From assembly GCA_965116905.1 (NCBI GenBank), contig OZ220732.1, positions 1,792,001 through 1,856,000 on the forward strand: a DNA stretch of 64,000 nt, in the 5' to 3' direction. The stretch is from Longimicrobiales bacterium. Lineage in GTDB: Bacteria > Gemmatimonadota > Gemmatimonadetes > Longimicrobiales > Gaopeijiaceae. Below, piece after piece: positions 49,139-60,189 of this stretch (position 1 is the stretch's first letter; every line of letters starts with the position of its first letter). A model generated the notes under the pieces. It was not told the DNA's origin, ran no database searches, and saw only the letters and a program-made list of their open reading frames with translations. The position numbers and the translations under genes are program-made.

Positions 49139-51462
49139 GGCTGTCCCCGGTGCCTCTCCAGCCCGGTAGCCCGTCGGTTGCGCAGCCGGGTGCCCTCGAA
49201 CTCCCGCGCGTGACCCCACGCGATCATCGTCTGGAAGGTCCCGGTTTCGCGGCGCGCCGGAGGCGTGCGCTGCGTGTAGCTCCCGTCGGGTCCCATTTCC
49301 CATGCGCAGCGGCGATCGGCCAGCTGGATGTCGAGCACCTGGCGCAGCTCGGCCCGGAGCGTCACATCCTCGACCGGGACCAGCGTTTCCACCCGCGCGC
49401 TGAGATTGCGGCCCATGCAGTCGGCCGATCCGATGTAGTACTCTTCATCCCCGCCGTTGCGGAAGTAGTAGATCCTGGAGTGCTGCAGGAAGCGGCCCAC
49501 GATGCTGATCACGCGGATATTGTCGGACAGCCCCGGAATGCCCGGACGGATGCGGCAGCTGTCCCGTACGATGAGGTCCACGGCCACGCCCTTGCTCGAC
49601 GCCTTGTAGAGCGCGCGCGTCACCTGCGGATCCTCCAGCGCGTTCATCTGGAACTGCATACGGCCCGGAGAGTCCTCGGAGTGCAGCTTGATCTCCCGCT
49701 CGATCCGCTTCAGCAGCGCGCCGCGCAGGTGCTTCGGGGCTGACAGCACCTTCCAGTACTTGCGCTTCGGCCGGTACCCGGTGGTCAGATAGTTGAACAG
49801 TTCGGTGAGATCGGCGCCGATCGCGGAGTCGCACGTAAGCAGACCGTGATCGCAGTACTGGCGGGCGGTGCCGACGTGGTAGTTGCCGGTGCCGATGTGG
49901 GCGTAGCGGCGAAGCCCGTCCTCGTCCTGGCGGACGACCAGAGTGACCTTGCAGTGCGTCTTCAGCCCGAGCACGCCGTATGTGACGTGAATCCCCTGGG
50001 CCGAGAGCTCGTTTGCCCACTGAATGTTGGCGGCCTCGTCGAACCGCGCTCGGAGTTCGATCACCACCGCCACCTGTTTGCCCGCCCGGGCCGCATGCAC
50101 CAGGTGATCGATGATGCCGCTTCTGGGCGCCATCCGGTAGAAGGTCATCTTGATTGCGCGCACCTTCGGGTCCCGGCAGGCTTCCCGGACGAAGCGAAGA
50201 ACCGAAGTGTCGAAGGCCTGGTACGGATGGTGAAGCAGGACCGGCCCCTGCTCGCGGATCACGTCGAAGACGGGCCGGCGCGTCAGCAGATCGGGGTGTT
50301 CCGCAGGATGGTGGGCCGGATCCTTCAGGCCGGGCAGCGGCAGTTCGTGGAGCGCGATCAGGTCCCGCAGACCAAGCAGCCCGTCCCCCTCGAATATGTC
50401 GCTGTCCTTCAGACCCAGCTCATTGGCCAGCATCTTGCGCCGCTTCGGATCGAAGCCCTGTTCGACCTGGAGGCGAACGATCGGCGCCAGACGACGCTTC
50501 CGCAGGCCCGCTTCGATCGATTCCAGCAGGTCGTCCGCCATGCCTTCGTCCACATCGTAGATCGCGTTGCGCGTGACACGGAAGATCTCGCACGCTTCGA
50601 CCTTCATTCCGGGAAAGAGCAGGTCGAGGTTGTTGGCCATCAGGACTTCCAGCGGCACCCAGGTACTGGTGTCGTCGACGCGAACGAACCTGGGGATTCC
50701 CGTGCCCACCGGGACCTTCACGCGCGCCAGCGACGGATTCTCGTCGGTGCGGTAGCGGAGCGTGACCAGCAGGTTCAGCGAGAGGTTCGAGATGAAGGGG
50801 AAGGGGTGTGCCGGATCGGTGGCCTGCGGAGTCACCAGGGGGTAGATGTTGCGCACGTAGTGGAGGCGCAGCCATTTCCGCTCTTTTCCGCTCAACTGCT
50901 CCCAGTCCACGATGCGGATCCCGTCCTCCGCCAGGAGGGCGAGGATCTCGCGGCCCGCCCTTCTCTGTCGCGCTTCGAGCTCGCGAACGACCGCGTAACA
51001 CTGGTCGATCTGCTCGCTGGGAGTGCGTCCATCGATCGTGCGCTTGATGATTCCCGCCTCGACCTGCTGTTTCAGCCCGCCGATCCGTTTCCTGAAGAAC
51101 TCGTCGAGGTTGGATCCCACGATCGAAAGGAACTTCAGCCGTTCCAGCAGCGGCGTCCGCGAGTCTTCCGCTTCGTGCAGCACGCGGAAATTGAAGTTGA
51201 GCCAGGTGAGCTCGCGATTCAGGTAGTATTCCGGCCTGGCGAGGTCATGCTCGTCGGCTGGCTGAGGGATCGGCGTGGGGTCTGCCGGGGTGGCAAACGT
51301 CGCCGGATCTTCGGGTGTTTCGCTTGCAGGATCCGCTGGTTGCGAGGGCTCCGGGGCCTGATCCCGCACGTCTTCGTCGACGGCCCGCGCCTGTTCGGCG
51401 GGAACGCCTGCCGCTTTTGCGCGTACTTCCTGGGTAGACCGGAGCGGTGCGGAGTCGGACAT
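49135..51462 (-). CDS. ppk1: Polyphosphate kinase 1 (divergent)
   Basis: NRELTWL.FN.RVL, NLDEFF, HPFPFISN, HHPY, KTHCK, HIGTGNY, HSRIYYF. Confidence 0.93.
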   Translation of the reverse strand: MSDSAPLRSTQEVRAKAAGVPAEQARAVDEDVRDQAPEPSQPADPASETPEDPATFATPADPTPIPQPADEHDLARPEYYLNRELTWLNFNFRVLHEAEDSRTPLLERLKFLSIVGSNLDEFFRKRIGGLKQQVEAGIIKRTIDGRTPSEQIDQCYAVVRELEARQRRAGREILALLAEDGIRIVDWEQLSGKERKWLRLHYVRNIYPLVTPQATDPAHPFPFISNLSLNLLVTLRYRTDENPSLARVKVPVGTGIPRFVRVDDTSTWVPLEVLMANNLDLLFPGMKVEACEIFRVTRNAIYDVDEGMADDLLESIEAGLRKRRLAPIVRLQVEQGFDPKRRKMLANELGLKDSDIFEGDGLLGLRDLIALHELPLPGLKDPAHHPAEHPDLLTRRPVFDVIREQGPVLLHHPYQAFDTSVLRFVREACRDPKVRAIKMTFYRMAPRSGIIDHLVHAARAGKQVAVVIELRARFDEAANIQWANELSAQGIHVTYGVLGLKTHCKVTLVVRQDEDGLRRYAHIGTGNYHVGTARQYCDHGLLTCDSAIGADLTELFNYLTTGYRPKRKYWKVLSAPKHLRGALLKRIEREIKLHSEDSPGRMQFQMNALEDPQVTRALYKASSKGVAVDLIVRDSCRIRPGIPGLSDNIRVISIVGRFLQHSRIYYFRNGGDEEYYIGSADCMGRNLSARVETLVPVEDVTLRAELRQVLDIQLADRRCAWEMGPDGSYTQRTPPARRETGTFQTMIAWGHAREFEGTRLRNRRATGLERHRGQP

Positions 51463-51632
51463 GGGTAAACATATGTTATGGGGAGGCGCGCGGCCAGATA
51501 ATTCGCGGCTTTCACCCCCCACGCACAGCGGTGTTCCGGAAAGCGCATTCAGGTTGACGCTCTCACCCGCGGCGGCGACCTTCACTTTAGCGATGCCGTG
51601 TGTGCCACTCGCGGGTAGGGGAGTCAATCGAA

Positions 51633-52142
51633 ATGACGAGGTTACTCGGAATCGGGGCGGTCATTCTCGCAACGGGCTGCTCCGCCGCGCCCGTGTCCTT
51701 CCATGGCATTGCGCCGCCGGGCAGGGAAGACGCCTACCAGTGCGCCGTTGCCCAGCTGAACATCCTGGGATACACGATCGAGGCCGGGAACAGCGACGCC
51801 GGGTTCGTCCGGGGCCGCAAGCAGACCTCGGGACTGGGCACCCAGCTCCTGACCGGCAACGCGTACCACGATGTTCTCACCGCGACGGCCTTTGACAACC
51901 CGGGCACCGGCCAGACCAATCTGCGCGTCGTTGCCTCCAGAGTGGCCGACCACGACATCAGCATCCTCGGTGGCTTGAGCGACGAGCAGCCCGCCGAGGG
52001 TGTGGAGACGATCGCACCGTCGGACAGCGGCAAGGCCGATGCGCGTGTGTTGCTGGCGGGCTGCGGCGTCAACAATGTGATCGGGCCGACCCAGGACGAG
52101 GACCAGGACGAGGAGCAGTTCGTGCTCGAAGGGGTCGTTTGA
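51633..52142 (+). CDS. Hypothetical lipoprotein
   Basis: GGGGAG SD and lipobox ATGC. Confidence 0.7.
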   Translation: MTRLLGIGAVILATGCSAAPVSFHGIAPPGREDAYQCAVAQLNILGYTIEAGNSDAGFVRGRKQTSGLGTQLLTGNAYHDVLTATAFDNPGTGQTNLRVVASRVADHDISILGGLSDEQPAEGVETIAPSDSGKADARVLLAGCGVNNVIGPTQDEDQDEEQFVLEGVV

Positions 52143-53587
52143 CGCAACCCGTGTCGCGGCCTGCACCCGGGCCGCGCATCCACCAGGTCCGGCGGGAGGT
52201 CGACGCCTGTTCACCGGTGGCGTTGCTCTGTGCGGGCGAGGGTGGAGCCAGGGGCTTCTGGGCCCTGGGTGACCGCTGGATTGCCCACGCCGGGGTCGTG
52301 CGGGAGATTGCCATCCGGCGGCGTGCCGGTAACGCCGGGCCGGATTCTGGAGCGTCAGCCGAAAACCGCGGTGCGGCCCAGGGGGCCACGGGGCCAAGCC
52401 GGTTCCGGGCGGTGCAGGATCAGGCCGCCGCGCTCTTCGGTCGTGTCGGGGACGGCGGGCGTTCGCGGGTGTTCGGAGGCTTCGCCTTCGCGCCGCGGCA
52501 GAACGGCGACCGCATGTGGGCGTCGTTTCCTCCGGCGCTCTTCCACCTTCCCGAAGCCGAGTTGGAGCACAATCCGGTCACGGGGAAGTGCACGCTGGTC
52601 GTGCGTGCACTGGACCGGCGCGCGGCGCGGCGCGGATGGGAGGCGTGGGCCAAGGCCCTGGGCGCCGGGGTCTCGCCGGCTCGCACCATGCGTCGGAGTC
52701 GGGGTCGGGGTCGCGCCGGGACCGGGGCGACCCTGGCCGAGCCCAAGCTGGAGCGTGCCATCTGGCACCGGATGGTCTCGGCGTCGCTTCGCCGGATCGG
52801 GACCGGCGAGGCCGAGAAGGTCGTGCTCGCGCGGACGATGGAGATGAACGAACCCGACCCGGTGGGCCCCGTGGAGCTGGCAATGGCGCTTTGGGAGGAG
52901 AACCACGGCAGCCATGTGTTCCTCTTCGAGCCGACTCCGGGCTCTGCCCTCGTCGGCGCGGCGCCCGAGACGATCGCCACCCTGGTCAACGGTGTCGTGC
53001 GCTCAACGGCGGTTGCGGGCAGCATCGCCGTGGGGGCCGACTCGGTCGAGACCGCGCAGCTTGCCCGCGAGCTCTACAACAGCGAGAAGGACCGCGCCGA
53101 GCACGACTTCGTGGTCCAGGACATGGTGGCCAGGCTGTCGGCGCTCGGGTGTACGGTGCGGCGGGACGTCGCGCCTCACGTCCTTACGCTTGCACGCATC
53201 CAGCACCTCGAGACCAAGATGGCCGCGACGGTCCCGGCCGGCCTGACCCTCCTCGACATCCTCGCGTCGCTGCATCCCACCCCGGCCGTGTGCGGCATCC
53301 CCCGCAACGTGGCGCGTTCGATCCTTACGGACAGCGAGGTGTTCGACCGCGGATGGTACGCGGGGCCCGTGGGGTGGTTCGCTTCCGACGGCAAGGGGAT
53401 TTTCGTGCCCGCGCTGCGTTCGGCGGTGGGTACCGGTTCGCGCTGGCGGCTCTTTGCGGGCTGCGGCATCGTGGCCGGGTCGGACCCGGCCCTGGAGTGG
53501 GCGGAGACCGAACTCAAGTTCCAGCCGGTGCTCCGGGCGATGGCGCGTGCGGGAATCGCCGCCGGCGCGGCGACCGGAGCGGGGTGA
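52139..53587 (+). CDS. menF: Isochorismate synthase
   Basis: KVVLAR, PE, AVAGS, KD.AEH, LHPTPAVCG.P, RGWYAGPVGW, E..ET..K; first gene of the men cluster. Confidence 0.92.
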   Translation: MTQPVSRPAPGPRIHQVRREVDACSPVALLCAGEGGARGFWALGDRWIAHAGVVREIAIRRRAGNAGPDSGASAENRGAAQGATGPSRFRAVQDQAAALFGRVGDGGRSRVFGGFAFAPRQNGDRMWASFPPALFHLPEAELEHNPVTGKCTLVVRALDRRAARRGWEAWAKALGAGVSPARTMRRSRGRGRAGTGATLAEPKLERAIWHRMVSASLRRIGTGEAEKVVLARTMEMNEPDPVGPVELAMALWEENHGSHVFLFEPTPGSALVGAAPETIATLVNGVVRSTAVAGSIAVGADSVETAQLARELYNSEKDRAEHDFVVQDMVARLSALGCTVRRDVAPHVLTLARIQHLETKMAATVPAGLTLLDILASLHPTPAVCGIPRNVARSILTDSEVFDRGWYAGPVGWFASDGKGIFVPALRSAVGTGSRWRLFAGCGIVAGSDPALEWAETELKFQPVLRAMARAGIAAGAATGAG

Positions 53588-55569
53588 GCGGCTTTGTCCA
53601 CGGGCTGCCAGGCGTGACCGGCGGGGAACTCAACCTCGCGTGGGCACAGGCCATCCTGAGCACGCTCGCCGAGTACGGCGTGGAGGAGGTGGAGATCGTC
53701 CCCGGCTCCCGGTCGGCGCCCCTCGTTCTCGCGGCCCGCTCGCTCCCCGCCATGCGGGCCCGCGTGCACATGGACGAGCGCTCGGCCAGCTACTTCGCGG
53801 TCGGATACGGGCGCACCCACCTGGGACCGGCGGCGGTGGTGACGACGTCGGGTACGGCGGTCGGGAACCTGTTGCCGGCCGTGATCGAGGCCGACCAGTC
53901 CGATCTTCCGCTCATCCTGCTCACGGCGGACCGTCCGCCCGCAATGCGGGGCGCGGATGCCAATCAGACGATCCTGCAGCCGGGGATCTTCGGCGACCGC
54001 GTGCGCTTCGAGGCGGACCTGCCGCTTCCCTCGCTGGGCGAACTGAAGAGCACGGGACCCCGATCGATGACCCACACGGTTCGCCAAGCCGCCCGGCAGG
54101 CCCTGGGTCCGCCCAGCGGGCCCGTCCACCTCAACGTGCCATTCGACAAGCCGCTCCAGCCGGGGTCGCCGGAGGGGCTTGCCCTGCGCGGGGCCGGCGA
54201 CGAAGGGCCCCGGCCTTCGGAGTCCGAGTTGGAGCGCGTTTCGGAGGCGGAGGCGGCCGAACCCGGTTCCTGGCGTCCCCGGCCGGGCGGTCGCGTGCGG
54301 GGGTCCGATCGCGACACGCTGGTCGGACGCCGGCTGGGGGCCGCGCGCCGCCCCCTGCTCGTCGCGGGCCCGGTGTGCGACCCGGGACTAGATGGCCCGG
54401 CGGTGGCGGAATTCGCCGCGCGCAGGCAGGTGCCGACGCTGGCCGATCCGCTGTCCGGCGCGCGCTTCGCGCTCGGCCCGGACGAGGATGTCGACGCGCC
54501 CATTCTGGGTGCGTACGACCATTATCTTCGCATCCGCGAGGTGGTGGAGCGCCTTGAGCCGGACCTCGTCATCCGAATCGGCCGCACGCCCACCTCGGGG
54601 GCCCTGGAAGCGGCGCTGGCCAGTTGGCAGCGCGCGACGCAGATCGTGATCGACGACGGGACGCACCGCAAGGACCACCAGCGGCTCGCCGACCACTATG
54701 TGCGCGCCCCGGCGTCGCGCGTCCTTCACCGCCTTGCCCGCGAGGCCGGCGACGACGGCGGCGACGGCGGCGGCAAGGGCGGCAGCCCCGGCGACAGTGG
54801 TGCCTCCGGCGACAGTGGCGTCTCCGGCAACGGCGGCGTGTCCGGCGACAGTGGCGGCCCCGGACCGCCCTCCCCTTCACGGCTTCGCTGGACGCGCCGC
54901 TGGACGGAGATCGAAGCGGCCGCCCGGGATGCCGTCGCGGCGAGCGCAGGGGACGCGGACAACGAGGGTGCCTACGCGGCGGCGACGATTCGGGCCCTGC
55001 CGCCCGGCGCGACCCTGTTCGTCTCGTCGTCCATGCCGGTTCGGGACGTGGACGCGTACGGCCACCCCGCCCCGCGCGGCCTTCAGGTCCTCGGAAACCG
55101 GGGCGCGAGCGGAATCGACGGCATCGTTTCGTCGGCGCTCGGATGCGCCGCCGGCGGCGCCGGTCCCGTGGTCGCGCTGCTCGGCGACCTCGCCTTCTAC
55201 CACGACATGAACGGGCTCCTTGCGGCCCGCGACGGGGACCTGAACGTCGTGTTCGTCTTGGTCGACAACGACGGAGGCGGCATCTTTCACATGCTTCCGA
55301 TCCGCGACTTCGAGCCGGTCTTCACGCCCTACTTCGCGACGCCGCACGGGCTCGACTTTCGGCACGCGGCGCGGATGTACGGCCTGCCCTTCACGGACGC
55401 GGCAAGCCCGCCGGAGCTGGAGGAGGCGGTCGCGGCGGCCGTGGGGCGCCGGGGAGCGGAGGTGATCCGGGTCCGCACCGACCGGGAACGAAACCGGTCG
55501 AGTCATCGGCGGGTTCAGGCGGAGGTGGCCCGGAACGTGAACGAGCTCTTGAATCGGGAGACCCAATGA
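53584..55569 (+). CDS. menD: SEPHCHC synthase
   Basis: [49 protein letters not shown]. Confidence 0.95.
   Translation: MSGFVHGLPGVTGGELNLAWAQAILSTLAEYGVEEVEIVPGSRSAPLVLAARSLPAMRARVHMDERSASYFAVGYGRTHLGPAAVVTTSGTAVGNLLPAVIEADQSDLPLILLTADRPPAMRGADANQTILQPGIFGDRVRFEADLPLPSLGELKSTGPRSMTHTVRQAARQALGPPSGPVHLNVPFDKPLQPGSPEGLALRGAGDEGPRPSESELERVSEAEAAEPGSWRPRPGGRVRGSDRDTLVGRRLGAARRPLLVAGPVCDPGLDGPAVAEFAARRQVPTLADPLSGARFALGPDEDVDAPILGAYDHYLRIREVVERLEPDLVIRIGRTPTSGALEAALASWQRATQIVIDDGTHRKDHQRLADHYVRAPASRVLHRLAREAGDDGGDGGGKGGSPGDSGASGDSGVSGNGGVSGDSGGPGPPSPSRLRWTRRWTEIEAAARDAVAASAGDADNEGAYAAATIRALPPGATLFVSSSMPVRDVDAYGHPAPRGLQVLGNRGASGIDGIVSSALGCAAGGAGPVVALLGDLAFYHDMNGLLAARDGDLNVVFVLVDNDGGGIFHMLPIRDFEPVFTPYFATPHGLDFRHAARMYGLPFTDAASPPELEEAVAAAVGRRGAEVIRVRTDRERNRSSHRRVQAEVARNVNELLNRETQ
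54790..54855 (+). repeat. 18-bp in-frame tandem repeat (GDSGxS, about 4 copies) inside menD
   Basis: GGCGACAGTGG... units at 54790, 54808, 54826 and 54844. Confidence 0.85.
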
Positions 55570-56405
55570 CCGACACCGCCTGGAAGACGGTGAAGTCGTA
55601 CGGCGACATCACCTACAGGAAGCGCGACGGGGTCGCGCGCATCGCCATCAACCGCCCCGAGGTTCGCAACGCGTTTCGTCCGGAGACGCTGTTCGAGCTT
55701 CTCGACGCATTCAACGACGCCAACGAGGACTCGTCGATCGGCGTGGTGCTCCTGACGGGCGAGGGGCCCGCGAAGGACGGCAAGTACGCGTTCTGCTCGG
55801 GCGGCGATCAGCGCGTGCGGGGCGACGCCGGCTACGTGGGAGGAGACGGGGTGCCGCGCCTGAACGTGCTCGTCCTGCAGCGCCTCATCCGCACGATGCC
55901 CAAGCCGGTGATCGCGATGGTGGCGGGGTACGCCATCGGCGGCGGCCACGTGCTGCACGTGGTGTGCGACCTGACCATCGCCGCGGACAATGCCGTCTTC
56001 GGCCAGACCGGCCCGAAGGTGGGCAGCTTCGACGGCGGCTTCGGTTCGTCGTTCCTCGCCCGCATCGTTGGACAGAAGAAGGCCCGCGAGATCTGGTACC
56101 TGTGCCGCCAGTACAACGCCCGCGAGGCGGTGGACATGGGTCTGGTCAACAAGGTCGTCCCCGTGGACGAGCTCGAGGACGAGGGGTTCGCGTGGGCGCA
56201 GCGGATCCTCGAGCACAGTCCGCTCGCGATCCGGCTCCTCAAGTCCGCCTTCAACGCCGACGTCGATGGACAGGCGGGGCTCCAGGAGCTCGCCGGCAAC
56301 GCCACGCTCCTGTTCTACATGACCGAGCAGGGCCAGGAGGGCCGGGACGCCTACCTCGAGAAGCGGAAGCCGGACTTCCGGAAGTACCCCTGGCTGCCGT
56401 GGTGA
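55566..56405 (+). CDS. menB: 1,4-dihydroxy-2-naphthoyl-CoA synthase
   Basis: [36 protein letters not shown]. Confidence 0.97.
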   Translation: MTDTAWKTVKSYGDITYRKRDGVARIAINRPEVRNAFRPETLFELLDAFNDANEDSSIGVVLLTGEGPAKDGKYAFCSGGDQRVRGDAGYVGGDGVPRLNVLVLQRLIRTMPKPVIAMVAGYAIGGGHVLHVVCDLTIAADNAVFGQTGPKVGSFDGGFGSSFLARIVGQKKAREIWYLCRQYNAREAVDMGLVNKVVPVDELEDEGFAWAQRILEHSPLAIRLLKSAFNADVDGQAGLQELAGNATLLFYMTEQGQEGRDAYLEKRKPDFRKYPWLPW

Positions 56406-56415
56406 CGGACCTGCC

Positions 56416-57327
56416 GTGACGATGACGCGCACCCGGGCCTGGATCCTCGCCACGCGGCCGCGCACCCTCACGGCGGCGTCCGCTCCGGTCGTCGCGGGCA
56501 CCGGCTTCGCGGCGGCCGACGGCCAGTTCGCCGCTGGACCGGCGCTGGCGGCGCTGGCGGGCGGCCTCCTGATCCAGATCGCGACCAATCTGGCCAACGA
56601 CTACTACGACTTCTTCAAGGGAAGCGACACCGCCGAACGGCTCGGGCCCGTCCGCGTTACCCAGGCGGGCCTGCTGTCGCCCAGGGCGGTGTGGCGGGGC
56701 ATGGCGCTGACCATGGGGGCGGCCTTCCTGATCGGCGTGTACCTGGTTGCGGTCGGCGGCTGGCCGGTGGCGGTCATCGGGCTGCTGTCGCTGGCGTTCG
56801 CCGTAGGGTACACCGGGGGACCGTATCCGCTGTCCTACCACGGTCTCGGGGATGTGGGCGTCTTCATCTTCTTCGGGCTCGCGGCCACCGCCGGGACGTA
56901 CTACGTGCAGGCCCTCGCGTGGTCGGGCGACGCGATCGTCGCGGGGGTGGGGATGGGGGCCTTCAGCACGGCGATCCTGGTCGTGAACAACCACCGCGAC
57001 CGCGAGACCGACGGGGCCGCGGGGAAGCGCACCCTGGCCGTGCGGTTCGGCGACCGCTTCAGCGTGGCGCAGTACTTCGCCTGCCTCGCGGTGGCGACCG
57101 CCGTGCCGGTTGCGGGGATCGCCGCGATGGGGTGGTCGCCCTGGACGCTCCTGTCGCTGGCCGGGTGGCTGCCGTGCATCCCGGCCGGGTCACGCGTCGC
57201 GGCCGTGATCGGCGATCCCGGCGGCGTGGACCGGCGCACCCTGAACCCCGCGCTGGGGCAGACGGCACGCGGCGTCGCGTTCTACGGGGCCGGGCTCGCG
57301 GTCGGCATCCTCCTCGGGACGCCTTGA
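56416..57327 (+). CDS. menA: DHNA polyprenyltransferase
   Basis: RPRTL, NLANDYYD..KGSD, VNN.RD..TD...GKRTLAVR. Confidence 0.95.
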   Translation: MTMTRTRAWILATRPRTLTAASAPVVAGTGFAAADGQFAAGPALAALAGGLLIQIATNLANDYYDFFKGSDTAERLGPVRVTQAGLLSPRAVWRGMALTMGAAFLIGVYLVAVGGWPVAVIGLLSLAFAVGYTGGPYPLSYHGLGDVGVFIFFGLAATAGTYYVQALAWSGDAIVAGVGMGAFSTAILVVNNHRDRETDGAAGKRTLAVRFGDRFSVAQYFACLAVATAVPVAGIAAMGWSPWTLLSLAGWLPCIPAGSRVAAVIGDPGGVDRRTLNPALGQTARGVAFYGAGLAVGILLGTP

Positions 57328-58802
57328 CCCCCGCGGACGACCTCGCGCGGCGGGCCGCAACCACCCCTGACGCCACCGCCCTGGCCTGGGACGGCGGACG
57401 TTTCACCTACGCCGAACTGGACGAGGCCGCCACGCACTGGTCGGATCGCATCCGGGACGCCGGCGTGCCTCCCCGCGGCTTCGTCACGCTGTGCCTCACA
57501 CCCGGCCCCCAGGCGCTTGCCGCCCTCTTCGGGGCCTGGCGGAGCGGGTGCATCGCCATGCCGCTGCACGAAGGCCTGACCGGCGCCGAGATCGCGCACG
57601 CCCACTGGATTGTCAACCCCGATTTGCATCTGGGTGATCCCGCCAGTGACGGCGACGCCAGTGACGGCGACGCCAGTGACCTCGACGCCACCGACGAATC
57701 GGGCGACCGCCCGGCGGCTGGCTCACCCGACATCCCGTCTCACGTTGTCGCGTTCCTGCTCACCTCGGGCTCTTCCGGCGCACCCAGGGCGATCGGGTTC
57801 GGCCACGACGCCCTCGCCGCGTCGGCCGCATCCGTCACCCGCCGGCTGGGGCTGACCTCGGACGACCGCTGGGGACTGTGCCTTTCGATCGGCCACGTGG
57901 GCGGTCTGTCGCTGGTGGTGCGGGCGATCATGAACGGTTCATCGGTCCGGCTCTGGCCGTCGTTCGACGAGGACGCGGTGGCCCGGGCCGTGCTCGCCGG
58001 GGACGTGACGCACCTGGCCGTCGTCCCGGTCATGCTCCGGAAACTCCTGGCGCGTCTCACCGAGGTCCCCGAAACCCTGCGCTGCGTCCTGGTGGGGGGC
58101 GCCGCGTCGTCGCCCGCGCTCCTCGATCGCGCCTGGCGCGCCGGCCTCCCCGTCGCCCCGACCTGGGGCATGACCGAGACCGCGTCGCAGGTCGCCACCG
58201 CACTCCCCGATCTGGCGCGCCGCTTTCCCGGCACCGTGGGGCGACCGATTCCCGGCGTCGAGGTCCGCGCCGGTCCCGGCAACGTGCTGTCGGTCCGGGG
58301 GCCGACGCTCGCGTCCGTGGCGATCGCCGGACCGGGCCGTCCGGCCGAACCCTTGCGCGCGGGCCCGGATGATTGGCTCGTCACCAGCGACGTCGGCCGC
58401 GTGGACGACAACGGGCTCGTCTGGATCGAGGGCCGCAAGGACGCGATGATTGTGAGTGGGGGACTGAACGTGAGTCCCCGCGAGGTCGAGCACGTGATCG
58501 AGACGCTCCCCGGGGTGGCCGGGGCCGTCGTGTTCGGCGTGCCGAGCGAAGAATGGGGCGAGGTGGTGGCGGCGGTGGTCGAGCCGGACGGGCCGGCGGG
58601 AGTGTCCGCCCCCGACGTTGAGCGCCACTGCCGCTCCCGCCTCGCGCGCGGCCGCTGTCCCCGGCGGATCGTCGTCGTGGACGAGCTGCCGCGGACCAGC
58701 ACGGGGAAGGTGATGCGGGCGCGGGTGGCCGAGCGATACGGTCGGGAAATGACGGAAATGACGGAAATGACCGAGACCCAATCCACGGACTCATGGACAT
58801 GA
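57324..58802 (+). CDS. menE: O-succinylbenzoate-CoA ligase
   Basis: TSGSSG.P, HVGG, WGMTETASQ, GRKD.MIVSGG.NV.P.EVE, LPRTSTGK; position in the men cluster. Confidence 0.88.
   Translation: MTPADDLARRAATTPDATALAWDGGRFTYAELDEAATHWSDRIRDAGVPPRGFVTLCLTPGPQALAALFGAWRSGCIAMPLHEGLTGAEIAHAHWIVNPDLHLGDPASDGDASDGDASDLDATDESGDRPAAGSPDIPSHVVAFLLTSGSSGAPRAIGFGHDALAASAASVTRRLGLTSDDRWGLCLSIGHVGGLSLVVRAIMNGSSVRLWPSFDEDAVARAVLAGDVTHLAVVPVMLRKLLARLTEVPETLRCVLVGGAASSPALLDRAWRAGLPVAPTWGMTETASQVATALPDLARRFPGTVGRPIPGVEVRAGPGNVLSVRGPTLASVAIAGPGRPAEPLRAGPDDWLVTSDVGRVDDNGLVWIEGRKDAMIVSGGLNVSPREVEHVIETLPGVAGAVVFGVPSEEWGEVVAAVVEPDGPAGVSAPDVERHCRSRLARGRCPRRIVVVDELPRTSTGKVMRARVAERYGREMTEMTEMTETQSTDSWT
57641..57690 (+). 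repeat. 15-bp in-frame tandem repeat (ASDGD, 3 copies) inside menE
   Basis: CGCCAGTGACGGCGA units read directly. Confidence 0.85.
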
Positions 58803-60067
58803 TCGACGAATTCCGCCGCCGCGGCCTCCTCGCGGACGCGACCGAGCACGCCGCGGCCGCACTCAGCGCGGGACAGGTCACCGGCTACATCGGCTTCGAC
58901 CCCACCGCATCGTCGCTGCACGTCGGATCCCTCGTCCCGATCATGGGGCTCGTCCACCTGCAGCGGGCCGGCCACTGTCCGATCGCGCTGGTGGGCGGCG
59001 GCACGGGGCTGATCGGCGACCCGTCCGGCAAGGCCCAGGAACGCCTGCTGCTCGACCGCGTCCGCGCCGAGGAGAACGCCGAGGGGATCCGCAGGCAGCT
59101 GGCGGCCTTCCTGGACTTCGAGTCCAACACCAACCCCGCCCGCATGGCGAACAACCTCGACTGGCTCGACAAGCTCGGATTCGTCGACTTCCTCCGTGAC
59201 ATCGGCAAGCATTTCTCGGTCAACGCCATGCTGCGCAAGGAATCGGTCCGGCGGCGCCTCCAGGACGAGGAGTCCGGGATCTCGTTTACCGAATTCTCGT
59301 ACCAGCTGCTTCAGTCCTACGACTTCTGGGAGCTCAACCGCCGCTACGGCTGCACGCTGCAGATGGGCGGCTCGGATCAGTGGGGCAACATCACCGCGGG
59401 CATCGACCTGGTGCGCAGACTCGGCGGGCCCCGCTGCCACGGGATCGTATTCCCGCTGCTCACCGCTTCCGGGGGCGCGAAGTTCGGCAAGACGGAGGAG
59501 GGCACCGTCTGGCTGGACCCCGAACGCACGTCGCCCTACCGCTTCTACCAGTTCTGGCTGAACACCGAAGACGCCGACGTGATTCGCTACCTGCGCCTCT
59601 TCACCCTGCTCGCCGAATCCGACGTCGCCGCGCTCGAACACGCCGTGGCCGAACACCCGCACCGTCGGGACGCACAGCGCCGGCTCGCCGCCGAGGTGAC
59701 CCGCACCGTGCACGGGGCCGAGGGGCTGGGGCGCGCGGAGCGGGCGTCTCGGGTGCTGTTCGGCGGCAGCCTCGAGGGCCTCGGGGCGGGGGACATCGAG
59801 GAGATCTTCGCGGATGTGCCGTCGACCGGGCTGGCGAGGTCGTCGCTGGAGGGGGATGGCATCGAACTGGCCGTGCTGATGGCCGATTCAGCCATGGCGG
59901 CGTCCCGCAGCGAGGCGCGGCGCCTCATCAAGGGCGGGGGGGTGTACCTGAACGGCGCGCGCGCATCCGACTCCGCTGTCCGCGTGGGGTCGAACGACCC
60001 TCTCCACAACCGCTTCCTGGTCGTGAGGGTCGGCAAGAAGCGCTATTTCCTGGTGGAGCTGGAATAG
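58793..60067 (+). CDS. tyrS: Tyrosine--tRNA ligase
   Basis: GFDPTASSLHVG, QMGGSDQWGNI, KFGKT, C-terminal S4 domain. Confidence 0.97.
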   Translation: MDMIDEFRRRGLLADATEHAAAALSAGQVTGYIGFDPTASSLHVGSLVPIMGLVHLQRAGHCPIALVGGGTGLIGDPSGKAQERLLLDRVRAEENAEGIRRQLAAFLDFESNTNPARMANNLDWLDKLGFVDFLRDIGKHFSVNAMLRKESVRRRLQDEESGISFTEFSYQLLQSYDFWELNRRYGCTLQMGGSDQWGNITAGIDLVRRLGGPRCHGIVFPLLTASGGAKFGKTEEGTVWLDPERTSPYRFYQFWLNTEDADVIRYLRLFTLLAESDVAALEHAVAEHPHRRDAQRRLAAEVTRTVHGAEGLGRAERASRVLFGGSLEGLGAGDIEEIFADVPSTGLARSSLEGDGIELAVLMADSAMAASRSEARRLIKGGGVYLNGARASDSAVRVGSNDPLHNRFLVVRVGKKRYFLVELE

Positions 60068-60189
60068 TGGCGCTCGCGGGAGTTCATCCACGGACTCCTG
60101 ACCGCACGCCCGGAAACGGCTCTCGCGTTCGGCATGCGGGGCGCCGCGTGGTATATTCGGCCCACTCACACCTTCGAATGGCTGACTGA

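Noticed and set aside
52516..55569. 1,017-aa extended MenD
   Set aside because: The upstream part is an alternate frame over menF; MenD motifs begin after the GTG at 53584.
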